64,000 nucleotides of DNA, taken from Candidatus Cloacimonadota bacterium (GTDB lineage Bacteria; Cloacimonadota; Cloacimonadia; Cloacimonadales; Cloacimonadaceae). The stretch covers positions 16,546-80,545 of the forward strand of contig JAAYEF010000027.1 of NCBI GenBank assembly GCA_012728875.1, given 5' to 3'. Under the pieces are notes generated by a model, which was given only the letters and a program-made list of their open reading frames with translations, made no database searches and had not been told where the DNA came from. A program made the position numbers and the translations under genes. This document shows positions 63,658-64,000 of this stretch, piece after piece. The number at the start of each line of letters is the position of its first letter. Positions within the stretch are counted from its first letter, which is position 1.

Positions 63658-64000
63658 ATGGCTTTGAAAAGAATTGACCTGCTGATTTGCTGCGGCTCAG
63701 GCTGCGTTTCGGCAGGCGCACTGAAGATCAAGGAACGGTTTCACACGGTTTTGGAAGAACACGGCCTCACCGGTGAGGTAAACCTGATCGAAACAGGCTG
63801 CATGGGACCCTGCGACTACGGTCCCGTGATGGTGATCTACCCCGAAGGCATCTTCTACAAGCATGTGAAAGTGGATGATGTGGACGAGATCGTTGCCGAA
63901 CACTTTGTGAAGGGACGCCCTGTTCAGCGTCTGATGCTGCAGGAAGAGGAAAAGGTTATCGCCGCTCAAAAGGAAGTGCCTTTTTATCAGAAGCAGATTA
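63658..64000 (+). CDS. NuoF/HydB-type flavoprotein subunit, N-terminal [2Fe-2S] domain (3' end outside the window)
   Basis: Not in the ORF track because it runs off the window. GGGAGG RBS, ATG at 63658, and translation MALKRIDLLICCGSGCVSAGALKIKE...ETGCMGPCDYGPVMVIYPEG... with four Cys ligands. Confidence 0.8.
   Translation, partial: MALKRIDLLICCGSGCVSAGALKIKERFHTVLEEHGLTGEVNLIETGCMGPCDYGPVMVIYPEGIFYKHVKVDDVDEIVAEHFVKGRPVQRLMLQEEEKVIAAQKEVPFYQKQI

Noticed and set aside
1-64000. Checked for CRISPR arrays, rRNA genes, intact IS elements or integrases, prophage genes, toxin-antitoxin pairs and known defence-system signatures.
   Set aside because: None were found. There are no regularly spaced direct repeats, no rRNA-like conserved blocks, and no transposase, integrase or recombinase ORFs. 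The only small adjacent gene pairs are housekeeping genes or belong to the hydrogenase module.

Overview
This is a chromosomal, very gene-dense 64-kb window from a diderm bacterium, shown by its LPS-transport, Omp85-type, secretin and T9SS-type sorting-domain genes. G+C is roughly one half by eye (not computed). About 65 of the genes I call are on the + strand, often with 1-4 nt start/stop overlaps, and six are on the - strand. From left to right the content is as follows. (1) Housekeeping genes: an M23 peptidase fragment, thiamine pyrophosphokinase, xseB-ispA, dut, nadA, a methyltransferase and pgsA. (2) Envelope lipoproteins, a secreted protein of unknown function, an orphan MlaD, and a 1003-aa fusion of HExxH domain, TolB-like propeller and Omp85 barrel. 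(3) pepA overlapping a metal ABC transporter. (4) A minus-strand DUF2156 + GNAT pair, an iteron-like repeat cluster and tRNA-Lys(CTT). (5) metK, then kdsC-lptC-lptA-lptB-rpoN-lpd-hpf-hprK-ptsH-ptsI-pgi. (6) An elongasome operon, mreB-mreC-[CofE-like]-mreD-mrdA-rodA-lipoprotein-dtd. (7) A convergent PpiD/SurA-like chaperone. (8) A compact type IVa pilus locus preceded by a sigma-54 -24/-12 promoter: pilA, pilT, minor pilins, a 628-aa PilX/GspK-like protein, pilMNO, a PilP-like gene, pilQ, a 758-aa Ig-repeat lipoprotein, pilB and pilC. (9) A T9SS-type cargo protein and a putative outer-membrane protein on the minus strand. (10) The start of an [FeFe]-hydrogenase/NuoEF-type cluster embedded in an uncharacterised putative sensing module: two DRTGG proteins, two stand-alone GHKL ATPases, a hydrogenase-like Fe-S protein with altered H-cluster motifs, a PHP phosphoesterase and a cysteine-free ferredoxin-fold paralog. 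I saw no CRISPR array, rRNA, intact mobile element or recognisable defence system. The best candidates for undescribed biology are the hydrogenase-linked sensing module, the non-canonical accessory genes in the pilus locus, the MlaD/HExxH-TolB-Omp85 envelope gene set, and the CofE-like gene inside the mre operon. All functional calls rest on motif recognition by eye and on synteny. No database search was run.
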